DNA of 64,000 nt from Candidatus Woesearchaeota archaeon (lineage in GTDB: Archaea > Nanobdellota > Nanobdellia > Woesearchaeales > GW2011-AR4), in contig NZDH01000004.1 in the NCBI GenBank assembly GCA_002688775.1, positions 123,420 to 187,419 on the forward strand, written 5' to 3'. Every line of letters starts with the position of its first letter. Position 1 is the stretch's first letter. A model generated the notes under the pieces. It saw only the letters and a list, made by a program, of their open reading frames with translations, was not told the DNA's origin and made no database searches. Position numbers and translations under genes: made by a program. Below are positions 1-9,562 of this stretch, one piece after another.

Positions 1-11
1 ATATTTAAAGC

Positions 12-278
12 TTAATACCAGCTTCCACGCCAGGTTGAATGCCCGAACTGGATTAGCAAGTCAACACCCAGTCTTTCCACCTGCAAAGGCACATCGCAAG
101 CTCCAAAACAGGAGCCCATCCAAGTAATTACTTTTGCATCTGTTGCATGTTCTATTGCATGCTGTATCTCATTTGCTCTTGGCTTTAATCCGTCAGGAAG
201 CTGAACACAAACAAGTTTAGCATTATCTTTGTTTATTCTTTCAATTACTTTGTTTAGTTCAAGGTCATAGTTTGACAT
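12..278 (-). pseudogene. dph2: Dph2 (2-(3-amino-3-carboxypropyl)histidine synthase, diphthamide step 1), N-terminal 88 aa only, ending at an in-frame TAA
   Basis: N-terminus has the archaeal Dph2 layout (VQLPDGL...GACD...LIQFGHS). Full-length Dph2 is about 330 aa. The stop lies at 9-11, next to the window edge. Confidence 0.55.
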
Positions 279-319
279 GATAGAATAGAAAGTAATATGA
301 GTTTAAAAAATTATTGGGA

Positions 320-802
320 CTACCTTCCTTCAGCAGCATGGACAAGGTCTATCAAACGTGTCCCTTCTGAGTCAGGTGAAGCAATCTTTGGTACAGTTAC
401 AGTTTGACCTTTGCCTATATCAGAATCACCATCTGCAAGCCCATTTTGTGCAGCTATGTATCGTGTAATCAAATGTTCTGTTACAGGATCGCTTCCAGAA
501 GGACTGACAGTAATTTCCCCTGCAATTCTTCTAGGTGTAGTGTCATAATCAAATGTCCTTGGAATTCCATTATACTTTACAACGGATGTAGCCCCATATC
601 TTACAGATTTCCCTAAATCAACAACAGTATCCATTCCACTTCTTCCTAAATTCAAAACAGGCTCTCTGACTTGAGGCATAGCTGATGCTGCGATTAATGT
701 TGCTGCGGCAAGTCCCCATCCAAGTTTTCTACCTGTTATAATTTGCCCAGGTTCCCTAGAGTCAACGTTAATAAATTCTGGTTCTGGTCTTTGGTCGTTC
801 AT
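320..802 (-). CDS. Hypothetical membrane-anchored protein with a possible LysM-like C-terminus
   Basis: One hydrophobic segment (GWGLAAATLIAASAM). The C-terminal IAAQNGLADGDSDIGKGQTVTVP resembles the LysM tail pattern. Visibly GC-richer than its neighbours. Confidence 0.4.
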   Translation of the reverse strand: MNDQRPEPEFINVDSREPGQIITGRKLGWGLAAATLIAASAMPQVREPVLNLGRSGMDTVVDLGKSVRYGATSVVKYNGIPRTFDYDTTPRRIAGEITVSPSGSDPVTEHLITRYIAAQNGLADGDSDIGKGQTVTVPKIASPDSEGTRLIDLVHAAEGR

Positions 803-810
803 TTTATCCC

Positions 811-1026
811 CTACATAAACATCTCATCCAATTCAAAATCGGATAGATCTTTCTTATTAATAAGCTTAGCGAAATCTTCGTCTTTAAGTTTTTTTCTTGA
901 CTCTCTCATGTTTTCAATCTGTTCCATGTCTGCATCCAAGAATAATTCGTCTGAGTCCATTTTATTTGTAAGTGCCTGTGCTTTGGCATGAGCCGTATTC
1001 TGCATTACTTGAATAGTCTGGCTCAC
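811..1026 (-). CDS. Hypothetical small acidic protein
   Basis: ORF only, with a GTG start in the track. No recognisable motif. Confidence 0.25.
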   Translation of the reverse strand: MSQTIQVMQNTAHAKAQALTNKMDSDELFLDADMEQIENMRESRKKLKDEDFAKLINKKDLSDFELDEMFM

Positions 1027-1183
1027 CAGCTAATTCACTAACGGTTTTTCCTTCTGAAACTGCTTTACAGCCTAAACACATAGTAATACCCCACTTATTT
1101 GTTACTTAGTAGTGATAGAACTTATATTTAAAGTTTTCGCTTGATAGAGTAAAATGATTTATTTTCAATATAGAAATTAATTA

Positions 1184-1498
1184 TTATCTGACTGGATGCC
1201 TTATATAGTGCTTACAACTAAAGCAATAATAAATGATTTTGTGCCTGTGAATCCTGACCCTGCAATTAACACCTGGCACTAAGTACTGATAGCAATTCTT
1301 GCAGAATTTTTTCTTAAGTGAAGAAGGCAGCCTGATCTTGTACTTCATGGCAATTCTTCTTGCCAGCTTGACGTTTTTGTCAGAAAGTCTTTTATCTTTC
1401 TTGAATGATTCTTTAGCTTCGTTAAAGAGAAATCTAATGCGTTTTTTAGCTATCTGCTGCTGCTTTGCTGGTTTTTTATAGTATTTTTTGCGGGGCAT
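1184..1498 (-). CDS. rnp4: Ribonuclease P protein component 4 (Rpp21/Rnp4)
   Basis: Basic N-terminal helices followed by a zinc ribbon, CKNC...(18)...CFSC, typical of archaeal Rpp21. Size matches. Confidence 0.8.
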   Translation of the reverse strand: MPRKKYYKKPAKQQQIAKKRIRFLFNEAKESFKKDKRLSDKNVKLARRIAMKYKIRLPSSLKKKFCKNCYQYLVPGVNCRVRIHRHKIIYYCFSCKHYIRHPVR

Positions 1499-1567
1499 TG
1501 TTTAAATCAGATGATAAAACACATTAATTTGATTGATAAATATAAAATTATCCATAGAAATATTATT

Positions 1568-3532
1568 TTACAAGAATAATGGAACAAATACAAGCGAAAC
1601 AATGGACATTAATTTGATTAAAATATTTAATGATGGCCCTGAAGTGTCTTTACAAGGATCTCCAACTGTGTCTCCAACAACTGCTGCTTTGTGTGCATCG
1701 CTTCCTTTTCCCCCTAAATGACCCTCTTCAATGTATTTCTTTGCATTATCCCAAGCACCGCCTGAATTGCTCAAGAAAACTGCCATTAAAAATCCAGTTA
1801 CTGTAACTCCAGCCAATAAACCGCCAAGCGCCTCTGCTCCGAATAGATATCCGAATAATACCGGAGTTATTATTGCTATCAAACTTGGCAAAATCATTTC
1901 CTTTAATGCAGCGTGAGTGCTTATGGCTATGCATTTGTTGTAATCAGGCTTTGCTGTGCCTTTCATCAAACCTTTTATTTCTTTGAATTGCCTTCTGACT
2001 TCATTGATAATGTGGAAAGCTGCATTTCCAACAGATTTCATTGTTAAGCTGGAAAACAGGAATGGCATCAAAGCGCCGATAAATAAACCAACAATGACTA
2101 ATGGTTTTCCAATGTCAATTGAAGTTAATCCAGTAATTGTCATATAGCTTGCAAACAAAGCCAGTGCAGTCAAAGCAGCTGAGCCGATTGCAAATCCCTT
2201 TCCGATAGCAGCTGTTGTGTTTCCGACAGCATCCAATGCCTCTGCTCTTTTTCTAACTTCTTTGCCCATCCTACCCATTTCTGCAATTCCTGCTGCATTG
2301 TCAGCAACAGGGCCGTAAGTGTCGCTTGCTAATGTGATTCCCAAAGTGGAAAGCATTCCGACTCCGGCAATTGCAATTCCGAATAAACCTCCAAACTTAA
2401 AGGAGATTAAGATTGCAGCAGAAACAGCAATGACTGGAATTACTGTTGACATCATGCCGACTGACAGACCTTGGATAATGTTTGTTGCAGATCCTGTCTT
2501 AGAGGCTTCTGCTATTGAAATTGTGGGTTTTCTATGAGACGAAGTGAAGTATTCTGTTGATACGCCAATTATTATTCCTGCGATTAATCCAGCAACTGTT
2601 GCAAAGAAAATCCCAACGTCATTGACTAAGAATTTTACAATAAAAAATGAACCAATCAACATTATCACTGATGAAGCAAAGATTCCCTTGTTTAATGCAG
2701 TATGCAAATGCTTCTTTTTTGCAGCCTTTACAAAATATGTGCCTAAGATTGCTGAAACAATTCCGAAAGCTGCTAATGCCAAAGGCAATTTAATCCCCTG
2801 AACTGAGAAAGCAACTACACCAAGAACCATCGCAGCGATTATGTTGTCAACATAGCTTTCAAACAGATCAGCACCCATGCCTGCAACATCTCCGACATTA
2901 TCACCTACATTATCTGCGATTACAGCTGGATTTCTCGGATCATCTTCTGGGATGCCTTTTTCAACCTTGCCTACCAGATCAGCGCCTACATCAGCTGCTT
3001 TAGTGTAAATTCCGCCGCCAACTCTTGCAAACAATGCTATTGAGGAAGCGCCAAATCCAAATCCAAAGATTATGTTTGGATCATCAAAAATTAGATACAA
3101 AGCTGTTACACCCAGCAAACCAAGTCCAACAACACTTAAGCCCATTACAACTCCTGATGAAAATGCAATTTTTAGCCCTTTGCTGATGCTTTTCTTAGCT
3201 GCAACTGCCGTCCTTGAATTTGATTTTGTTGCAATTCTCATTCCAATATTTCCTGCCAAAGCAGATAAAATGCTCCCAGCAACAAATGAAACAGCAAGTT
3301 TTGGTCCAGTCTGAGGAATTGCAAACCATAGAACTAATGCGACAACAATGACAAAAATGACTAAAATTTTATATTCCTTGTGAAGAAATGTCATTGCTCC
3401 CTGATGTATAGCATCAGCTATTTCCTTAATTTTTTGATTGCCTGCATCCTGCTTTAGAATTCTAGAAGCTGTAAATGCTGCAAAAATTAATGCTAAGATG
3501 CTAATTATTATTACTGCTATCAACAACCCCAT
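1568..3532 (-). CDS. hppA: Membrane-bound ion-translocating pyrophosphatase, K+-dependent subfamily signature
   Basis: [28 protein letters not shown] and [18 protein letters not shown] motifs in a multi-TM protein of 654 aa. The Ala in GNTTAA marks the K+-dependent class. Confidence 0.95.
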   Translation of the reverse strand: MGLLIAVIIISILALIFAAFTASRILKQDAGNQKIKEIADAIHQGAMTFLHKEYKILVIFVIVVALVLWFAIPQTGPKLAVSFVAGSILSALAGNIGMRIATKSNSRTAVAAKKSISKGLKIAFSSGVVMGLSVVGLGLLGVTALYLIFDDPNIIFGFGFGASSIALFARVGGGIYTKAADVGADLVGKVEKGIPEDDPRNPAVIADNVGDNVGDVAGMGADLFESYVDNIIAAMVLGVVAFSVQGIKLPLALAAFGIVSAILGTYFVKAAKKKHLHTALNKGIFASSVIMLIGSFFIVKFLVNDVGIFFATVAGLIAGIIIGVSTEYFTSSHRKPTISIAEASKTGSATNIIQGLSVGMMSTVIPVIAVSAAILISFKFGGLFGIAIAGVGMLSTLGITLASDTYGPVADNAAGIAEMGRMGKEVRKRAEALDAVGNTTAAIGKGFAIGSAALTALALFASYMTITGLTSIDIGKPLVIVGLFIGALMPFLFSSLTMKSVGNAAFHIINEVRRQFKEIKGLMKGTAKPDYNKCIAISTHAALKEMILPSLIAIITPVLFGYLFGAEALGGLLAGVTVTGFLMAVFLSNSGGAWDNAKKYIEEGHLGGKGSDAHKAAVVGDTVGDPCKDTSGPSLNILIKLMSIVSLVFVPLFL

Positions 3533-3603
3533 CGTAGATATTGGAAAAAATTGTCCATTTATAAAGGTTTTGAAAAAATAATTTAGCCCTACAATGCGCT
3601 AAA

Positions 3604-3724
3604 ATTCCGCCAATTCTATGATTAAAAGTTATCTAGTGGCGGAATTCGCTGAGTCAAGAACCGCCACTAACTGTCAAGGTCAATAATTTCTTGCAATATC
3701 GGTCACTGACAGGTGGTTCTTGAC
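3604..3724 (+). promoter_or_regulatory. Four-segment set of mutually exclusive hairpins (attenuator-like) between the divergent hppA and coiled-coil genes
   Basis: ATTCCGCCA (3604) pairs with TGGCGGAAT (3637). TAGTGGCGG (3634) pairs with CCGCCACTA (3661). GTCAAGAACCGCC (3653) pairs with GGTGGTTCTTGAC (3712), with one G.U pair that only works on the + strand. Confidence 0.4.
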
Positions 3725-3765
3725 AATAGTAAAAATTATATGCATCAAAGCATATCTACGATAAA

Positions 3766-5043
3766 ATGCTTGAATTCCTCAAAAAAATCTTTCTGACAGA
3801 TGTGGAAGAAGAAGTTAAAAAACCATTAACAGAGATTAATCTGCAAAATCTGGAAGAATGGATAAATGAGAAGATAAAGCCGTTGACTGAGGAAATAAAC
3901 CAAAAATCAAAAGAAGTTCTAATGAAAGTAAATGAAGAAGTTCAAAGGACAAGATTTAATCTTGAAGTCCTTGAAAATTCTAAATTGCAGAACCCAAATA
4001 TCCCTTTCAGGGCAAAACAATACATGGAAGGCAACAGGAAGGCCTATATGAAATCAATTAATGGTTTTCTAGGCCGTATGGAGATAAACAACAATGATTA
4101 TTTTTATCTTGTTAATTTTTGCAAGGAATTTGATGAACTGATGGATGTGCTTAACAAATCTACCTTGAAAAGCTATACAATACTCCAGGAATTTTTTGCT
4201 AATGAGACGATCAAGATCGCACAGAACCTCAAGAATTTTGACACGCTTTTCAAAGAATTGAAATCTGCGCTTAATAATGATATGGTAGTAGCTGCCAACA
4301 AATCAAAAGAAAAAATCCAGAGGTTAATAGCAAAGACAAAGCAAAAAATAAATCTTGATGTTGACTTCAAAAGTCTGGAGGCTAATGTCAAGCTTGCAAA
4401 TGATGAAAAAAACAAAATAATGGAGGAAATTGATAAATTCAATGACAGCGAGGAGCATAAGAATTTTCTGAATCTACAGGAAGAGAAGAAAAATAAGGAA
4501 AACAGCTTTCAAAATGATGAAAATCAAATATTGCAGTCTTTTGCTGTACTGGACAGGCCTTTGAGAAAATACTCCCATGTTGTTTTTGAGCATGAAGAGA
4601 TTGTCCTGGATTACATAAAGCATCCGATTGAAGCACTGGCCAGCGATAAAGAGCTAAAGATCACAGAAGTTCTGAAAAATTTGGAGAAAAAGCTTAATGA
4701 GAACAAACTTCAGCTGGATGACAAGAAAAAAGAAAAGGCGCTGGATGAGGTAAAGAAGCTGAACAAGGAATTCATTGAGCAATTCTTGAAAAAATATTCC
4801 ACATTCAAGTCAGAAATTGAGAATTTGGACAATAAAATGAAAGTAACAAGAGTTGCAGATAAATTAAAAGAGCTTAACAAGAAGCTTGAGGAAGCCAATT
4901 CAACGATTGAAAAAAGCACCAAAGATTTCGAGCAGCTAAAGAATGAAACCGCCAAAGCAGAAACTGCTGTTTCAGAACTTAAGGATGAAGTCGAGGAATC
5001 TATAAAAAGAATATTTGCAGAAAGTATTAAGGTTGCAGTTTGA
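3766..5043 (+). CDS. Hypothetical coiled-coil protein
   Basis: 425 aa, Lys/Glu/Leu-rich with heptad-like composition throughout. No catalytic motif recognised. Confidence 0.5.
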   Translation: MLEFLKKIFLTDVEEEVKKPLTEINLQNLEEWINEKIKPLTEEINQKSKEVLMKVNEEVQRTRFNLEVLENSKLQNPNIPFRAKQYMEGNRKAYMKSINGFLGRMEINNNDYFYLVNFCKEFDELMDVLNKSTLKSYTILQEFFANETIKIAQNLKNFDTLFKELKSALNNDMVVAANKSKEKIQRLIAKTKQKINLDVDFKSLEANVKLANDEKNKIMEEIDKFNDSEEHKNFLNLQEEKKNKENSFQNDENQILQSFAVLDRPLRKYSHVVFEHEEIVLDYIKHPIEALASDKELKITEVLKNLEKKLNENKLQLDDKKKEKALDEVKKLNKEFIEQFLKKYSTFKSEIENLDNKMKVTRVADKLKELNKKLEEANSTIEKSTKDFEQLKNETAKAETAVSELKDEVEESIKRIFAESIKVAV

Positions 5044-6232
5044 ACTTCTTATAACTCTCTTCCAAAGCGACCAATGCAGGCAATCTGCCTTCTTTTTCTA
5101 TGAATTGCAAAGAAGCTCCGCCGCCGGTGCTTACATGGGTCATTTTTTCTGCAAAGCCAAACTTTTCAACAGCAGCTGCGCTGTCACCTCCGCCGATTAT
5201 AGTTGCTGCATTCAAAGAAGAAATAAATTCTGCAATTTGTTTTGTGCCATTGGCAAATTTATCAAATTCAAAGACCCCCAAAGGCCCGGCCCAGACTATT
5301 GTTTTTGCATCTTTTAATTTTTCTTTATATGTATTAATGGTTTTGCTTCCGATGTCCATTATCATCCATCCATCAGGAATTTCATTAAAATCGACTTCTT
5401 TGCTTTCAGCATCTTTTTCAAATTTATCTGCGATAACAGCATCAGCAGGCAACATAAGTTTTTTATTTCCGATGAATTCTCCTGCGTACTGCAAACTTTC
5501 TTCATCAAACTTAGAAGCCTTGATATCTGTGCCTTTTGCCTTTAAAAAAGTATCAGCTAATACACCTCCAAGAATCAAAAAATCAACTTTTGGAAGCAAG
5601 GACCTTATAACTCCGATTTTATCGGCTTTGGCACCGCCTATGATGGCTGCAAAAGGCTTTTCTGGATTTAATAATTTGTTCATATGCTTAATTTCATTTT
5701 CCACTGCAAATCCCACATAGCTTGGTAAAAATTTAGGAATTCCTGTCATTGATGCATGATTCCTATGGCAATTTGGAAAGGCTTCATTAACATAAATATC
5801 GCCTAAATCTGATAATTGTTTTGAAAACTCCAATCTTTTGCTTTCATCTTTTTCTTTTTCTGCTTCATTAAATCTTAAATTTTCTAAAACCACAACATCT
5901 TTTGGTTTCATGTTGCCCACAAATTGCTTGACTTCTTCACCAATGCAATCATCTAATTTTTTAACTTCAGTGTTTAGCAATTCACCCAGTCTTTTAGCAA
6001 CTTTATCCATCTTTAGTTTTGCTATAATCTTACCTTTTGGCCTTCCGTTATGGGAGATTACAATAATTTTAGAATTCTTTTCCAATAAATATTCCATAGT
6101 TGAAATTACGGCCTTGATTCTCTTGTCATCGACTATGTTTCCTCCTTCATCAAGAGGAATATCAAAACCCGCTCTAACAAGAACCCTTTTTCCTTCAACA
6201 TTCAAGTCATTTAAAGTTAAAAAATTTTGCAT
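5027..6232 (-). CDS. pgk: Phosphoglycerate kinase
   Basis: N-terminal RVLVRAGFDIPLD...ISHNGRPKG and C-terminal STGGGASLQFIEK motifs. 401 aa. Confidence 0.95.
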   Translation of the reverse strand: MQNFLTLNDLNVEGKRVLVRAGFDIPLDEGGNIVDDKRIKAVISTMEYLLEKNSKIIVISHNGRPKGKIIAKLKMDKVAKRLGELLNTEVKKLDDCIGEEVKQFVGNMKPKDVVVLENLRFNEAEKEKDESKRLEFSKQLSDLGDIYVNEAFPNCHRNHASMTGIPKFLPSYVGFAVENEIKHMNKLLNPEKPFAAIIGGAKADKIGVIRSLLPKVDFLILGGVLADTFLKAKGTDIKASKFDEESLQYAGEFIGNKKLMLPADAVIADKFEKDAESKEVDFNEIPDGWMIMDIGSKTINTYKEKLKDAKTIVWAGPLGVFEFDKFANGTKQIAEFISSLNAATIIGGGDSAAAVEKFGFAEKMTHVSTGGGASLQFIEKEGRLPALVALEESYKKFKLQP

Positions 6233-6399
6233 AGGTAAAGTTATTTGCTGGTTGTTTAAAAATTTTATTATTCAACTCCTTGCTTTAATCCATAAATAAA
6301 GGTAAACAAGAAATGCAACAATCAAGACAAAATTAATTATGTGCAGAATGATTGGAAGATTTTTAAGAATTTTCTTCTTGGTTTTTTTGTTCATTATGG

Positions 6400-7017
6400 T
6401 CAAGTTTTTGCCTTTATCCTCTTCATCCTGAAAATGTTCTCCCGTTCCATCTCTTCTAATCTTAGCTGGATGAATGCCTTAACATTATCTAATTTCGGTA
6501 TGACCACGAATTCAAGTGCATTGACCCTTCTTTTGGTTTTTTCAATTTCATTGAGCAGTTTTCTCATTGAAGTCTCAACTTCTGCTGCTATTATTATTTT
6601 TTCAACGACTTTTTCATAAGCTGCAGCTGCCTCGTCAATAGCAGAGGAACTGTAAACACTATAACCTCGCTCCATAAATGCCTTTTTTATTTCAGAAGAT
6701 TCTATTTTTGGGACTTTTACTCCCATAATATTTTTCGTTGTTAACTTGACATCTGGGATTTGGTGGATGGCCATTGCTATTGACTTGACTTTTAAGTCTC
6801 CTTCCAAAGTTCTTGCAATATTTATTTTTTCCAGTGCAATCTTATATTCATTGACCAGCTCTTCCCTGAGGGATTTTGCCTTCTTTAAAATTTCAAAAAA
6901 TTCAAGAATCAAGCCGTCTCTTTTCTTCTTCAATAAACTGTATCCTGATTTAGCCAGCTTTATCTGCTTCTTTAGCTTCAACAATTCGCTTCTTGTTGGC
7001 TTGATATCCTGCGCCAT
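6400..7017 (-). CDS. atpD: A/V-type ATP synthase subunit D
   Basis: MAQDIKPTRSELLKLKKQIKLAKSGYSLLKKKRDGL is the canonical subunit D N-terminus. 205 aa. Confidence 0.9.
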   Translation of the reverse strand: MAQDIKPTRSELLKLKKQIKLAKSGYSLLKKKRDGLILEFFEILKKAKSLREELVNEYKIALEKINIARTLEGDLKVKSIAMAIHQIPDVKLTTKNIMGVKVPKIESSEIKKAFMERGYSVYSSSAIDEAAAAYEKVVEKIIIAAEVETSMRKLLNEIEKTKRRVNALEFVVIPKLDNVKAFIQLRLEEMERENIFRMKRIKAKT

Positions 7018-8175
7018 TTACATATCCCTCATTGCCCATGATAGTAATGGAGGTGCTATGAAAGTTGTGAGCATTATAACTACTATTAATAATGCGTACA
7101 AACCAGAATCAATGACCCCACTTGTCAGTCCAACTGTAGCAAAAATAATCCCAACTTCCCCTCTTGGCATCATGCCCAACCCGATTACGAGTTTTTTTGC
7201 CTTTACCCCTATTGCAGCCCATCCGGAAACAATTTTTCCGATTATTGCTATTACAAACAAAATTGCTATTGGGGCAATTATTTTTACATCGAATAATGTC
7301 CTGACATCCATCAGCATGCCTGCATGAACAAAAAATATTGGAACAAAAACATCTGCCAAAGGCTTTATTTTTTCCCTTATATGGTCCTTGTCCTCCCTTG
7401 TTTCCAGGATTAAACCTGCTGCAAACGCCCCAACTATTGTTGCCAGTCCAATCCTGTTTGCGATATAAGCCAAACCAAATGCAAAAATGATTGCAGTTAT
7501 TGCATAAGTCCTTTTTATGTTAAGTTTTTTAGTAACTTTTAACAAGAATGGTGCAAATTTTATTCCAATAAAAATAGACCCAGCTAAAAATATTATAGAA
7601 AATAAGGATATTTTTCCTATATTAAACAATGAAACTTTGCCGAATTCTACAATTCCAACCAGAACAGACAAAATAATCAAACCGATTATATCGTCAATAA
7701 CAGCTGCACCTAAAATTATCTTTCCTTCATTGGAATCTATTTTTTTCTTCTCTGCAAATATACGCATTGTAATCCCAATACTTGTTGCAGTCAATGTTGC
7801 TCCGATGAACAAAGCAATAATGGTGCTAGAACCTAGAAATGTGTAATATAGATAGCCCAGCAAAAATGGGAATACCATTCCAACAGTTGCAACTAAAGTT
7901 GAAGCCACTCCAACCTTAAGTAATTTATAAATATTTGATTCAAGTCCTACCTCAAATAACAACAAAATAACTCCAAGCTCAGCTAAAAAAGTGAAAATGT
8001 CCGCTGTTTCTGGATGCACAAGATTTATCAAACTTGGGCCGAGGATTAATCCGACTAATAACTCCCCTAAAACAGCAGATTGCTTGAATTTATGGAACAG
8101 CCACCCGGCTATTTTCGCCAATATTATGATTATCAAGAATTCCAATAATATAGTTCCTAGAACTTCTGCTTCCAT
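7018..8175 (-). CDS. Cation/proton antiporter, CPA2 (Kef/NapA-like) family, membrane domain only
   Basis: About 11-12 predicted TM segments. The N-terminus (AKIAGWLFHKFKQSAVLGELLVGLILGPS) is typical of the Na_H_Exchanger family. Its stop TAA (7018-7020) abuts the atpD ATG (7015-7017). Confidence 0.85.
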   Translation of the reverse strand: MEAEVLGTILLEFLIIIILAKIAGWLFHKFKQSAVLGELLVGLILGPSLINLVHPETADIFTFLAELGVILLLFEVGLESNIYKLLKVGVASTLVATVGMVFPFLLGYLYYTFLGSSTIIALFIGATLTATSIGITMRIFAEKKKIDSNEGKIILGAAVIDDIIGLIILSVLVGIVEFGKVSLFNIGKISLFSIIFLAGSIFIGIKFAPFLLKVTKKLNIKRTYAITAIIFAFGLAYIANRIGLATIVGAFAAGLILETREDKDHIREKIKPLADVFVPIFFVHAGMLMDVRTLFDVKIIAPIAILFVIAIIGKIVSGWAAIGVKAKKLVIGLGMMPRGEVGIIFATVGLTSGVIDSGLYALLIVVIMLTTFIAPPLLSWAMRDM

Positions 8176-8187
8176 TGGTAAAAATTT

Positions 8188-9561
8188 TTATTTTCCTTGC
8201 TCTTTGTAATATTTTTTCTTCAAGTCAGGGCTTATTCTTGTCAACTGGTTTTCAGGCAATAAACCTAATAATTTCCAACCTAAATCCAGAGTCTCTGAAA
8301 TGCTCCGGTCCTCATCTTTTCTTTGCCTTACAAATTTGTCTTCAAATTCAGCTGCAAACTTAAGCAGTTTCTTATCACGATCGCTTAATGCTTCTTCCCC
8401 TACAATTGCAACTAATCCTCTTAAATCACGACCTTCTGCATAAGCTGCATACATCTGGTCAGAAACTTGTTTATGATCTTCTCTTGTTCTTGTCGGTCCT
8501 ATGCCGAGATTCATTAATCTTGATAAAGAAGGAAGCACATCAATGCTGGGATAAATTCCTTTTCTGTGCAATTCCCTTGCCAAAACTATCTGACCTTCAG
8601 TTATATATCCTGTCAAATCCGGAATTGGATGTGTGATATCATCACCAACCATCGTTAGAATTGGAATTTGTGTAATGCTTCCTTTTTTTCCTTTTATAAC
8701 GCCTGCCCTTTCATATATTGTTGCTAAGTCAGTATACATGTAGCCAGGATAACCCCTTCTTCCTGGGATTTCTTCACGGGCAGCACCTATTTCTCTTAAT
8801 GATTCGCAGTAATTTGTCATGTCTGTTAAAATAACAAGAACATGGGCATTTTGTTCATAAGCAAAATATTCAGCTGCTGTTAATGCCATTTTTGGAGTGA
8901 CAAGCCTTTCAACAGCAGGATCATTTGCAAGATTTAGAAAAACAACACTTCTCTCAAGTGCGCCAGTCTGCTTGAAATCATCAATGAAATACTGAGCTTC
9001 TTCGTTTGTGATCCCCATTGCTGCAAATATAACCACGAAATTTTCCTGCTTGCCGATAACTTTTGCCTGTCTTGCAATCTGCAAGGCAATTTCATTATGA
9101 GGCAGGCCTGAACCTGAAAATAACGGCAGTTTTTGACCTCTAACAAGTGTATTCATTGCATCAATTGTTGAAACACCGGTCTGAATAAAATCATGAGGGG
9201 AAGCTCTTGAGAACGGGTTTATTGCAGCTCCTCCAATATCCAGTCTTTTTTCAGGTATGACTTCCGGACCATTGTCAATGGGTTTGCCACTGCCACTTAA
9301 AACTCTGCCAAGCATATCTTTTGAAACATTCAGCTTTAAAGTGTCTCCCAAAAATTTAACTCTTGAATCAACATCAATGCCGGCAGTTCCTTCAAATACC
9401 TGAACTACAACAATATCATCGCTTGTATCAAGCACCTGGCCATTTTTTATATCCCCGTTTGGCATGGATATTTTTACTATATCTGAATAACCGATCGGCT
9501 CTGTCTTCTCTACAAAGATTAAAGGTCCTGCAACTCTGTTTATTGTTTTGTATTCCTTCAT
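8188..9561 (-). CDS. atpB: A/V-type ATP synthase subunit B
   Basis: 457 aa with strong whole-length resemblance to archaeal AtpB ([31 protein letters not shown]). Confidence 0.97.
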   Translation of the reverse strand: MKEYKTINRVAGPLIFVEKTEPIGYSDIVKISMPNGDIKNGQVLDTSDDIVVVQVFEGTAGIDVDSRVKFLGDTLKLNVSKDMLGRVLSGSGKPIDNGPEVIPEKRLDIGGAAINPFSRASPHDFIQTGVSTIDAMNTLVRGQKLPLFSGSGLPHNEIALQIARQAKVIGKQENFVVIFAAMGITNEEAQYFIDDFKQTGALERSVVFLNLANDPAVERLVTPKMALTAAEYFAYEQNAHVLVILTDMTNYCESLREIGAAREEIPGRRGYPGYMYTDLATIYERAGVIKGKKGSITQIPILTMVGDDITHPIPDLTGYITEGQIVLARELHRKGIYPSIDVLPSLSRLMNLGIGPTRTREDHKQVSDQMYAAYAEGRDLRGLVAIVGEEALSDRDKKLLKFAAEFEDKFVRQRKDEDRSISETLDLGWKLLGLLPENQLTRISPDLKKKYYKEQGK

Positions 9562-9562
9562 A

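Noticed and set aside
1027-1090. 39-aa Cys-containing mini-ORF (MCLGCKAVSEGK...) on the minus strand, upstream of and overlapping ORF 811..1026.
   Set aside because: It is too short and has no recognisable family. Without comparative data I cannot tell it apart from chance.
5100-5720. Long + strand ORF (206 aa) antisense to pgk. Similar long antisense ORFs are 13048..13668, 20285..21211, 37506..38069, 6746..7327 and 9774..10208.
   Set aside because: Each lies entirely inside a strongly recognisable gene on the other strand. Their translations are low-complexity (Ser/Phe/Leu/Pro-rich) with no motifs. They are shadow ORFs typical of AT-rich genomes.
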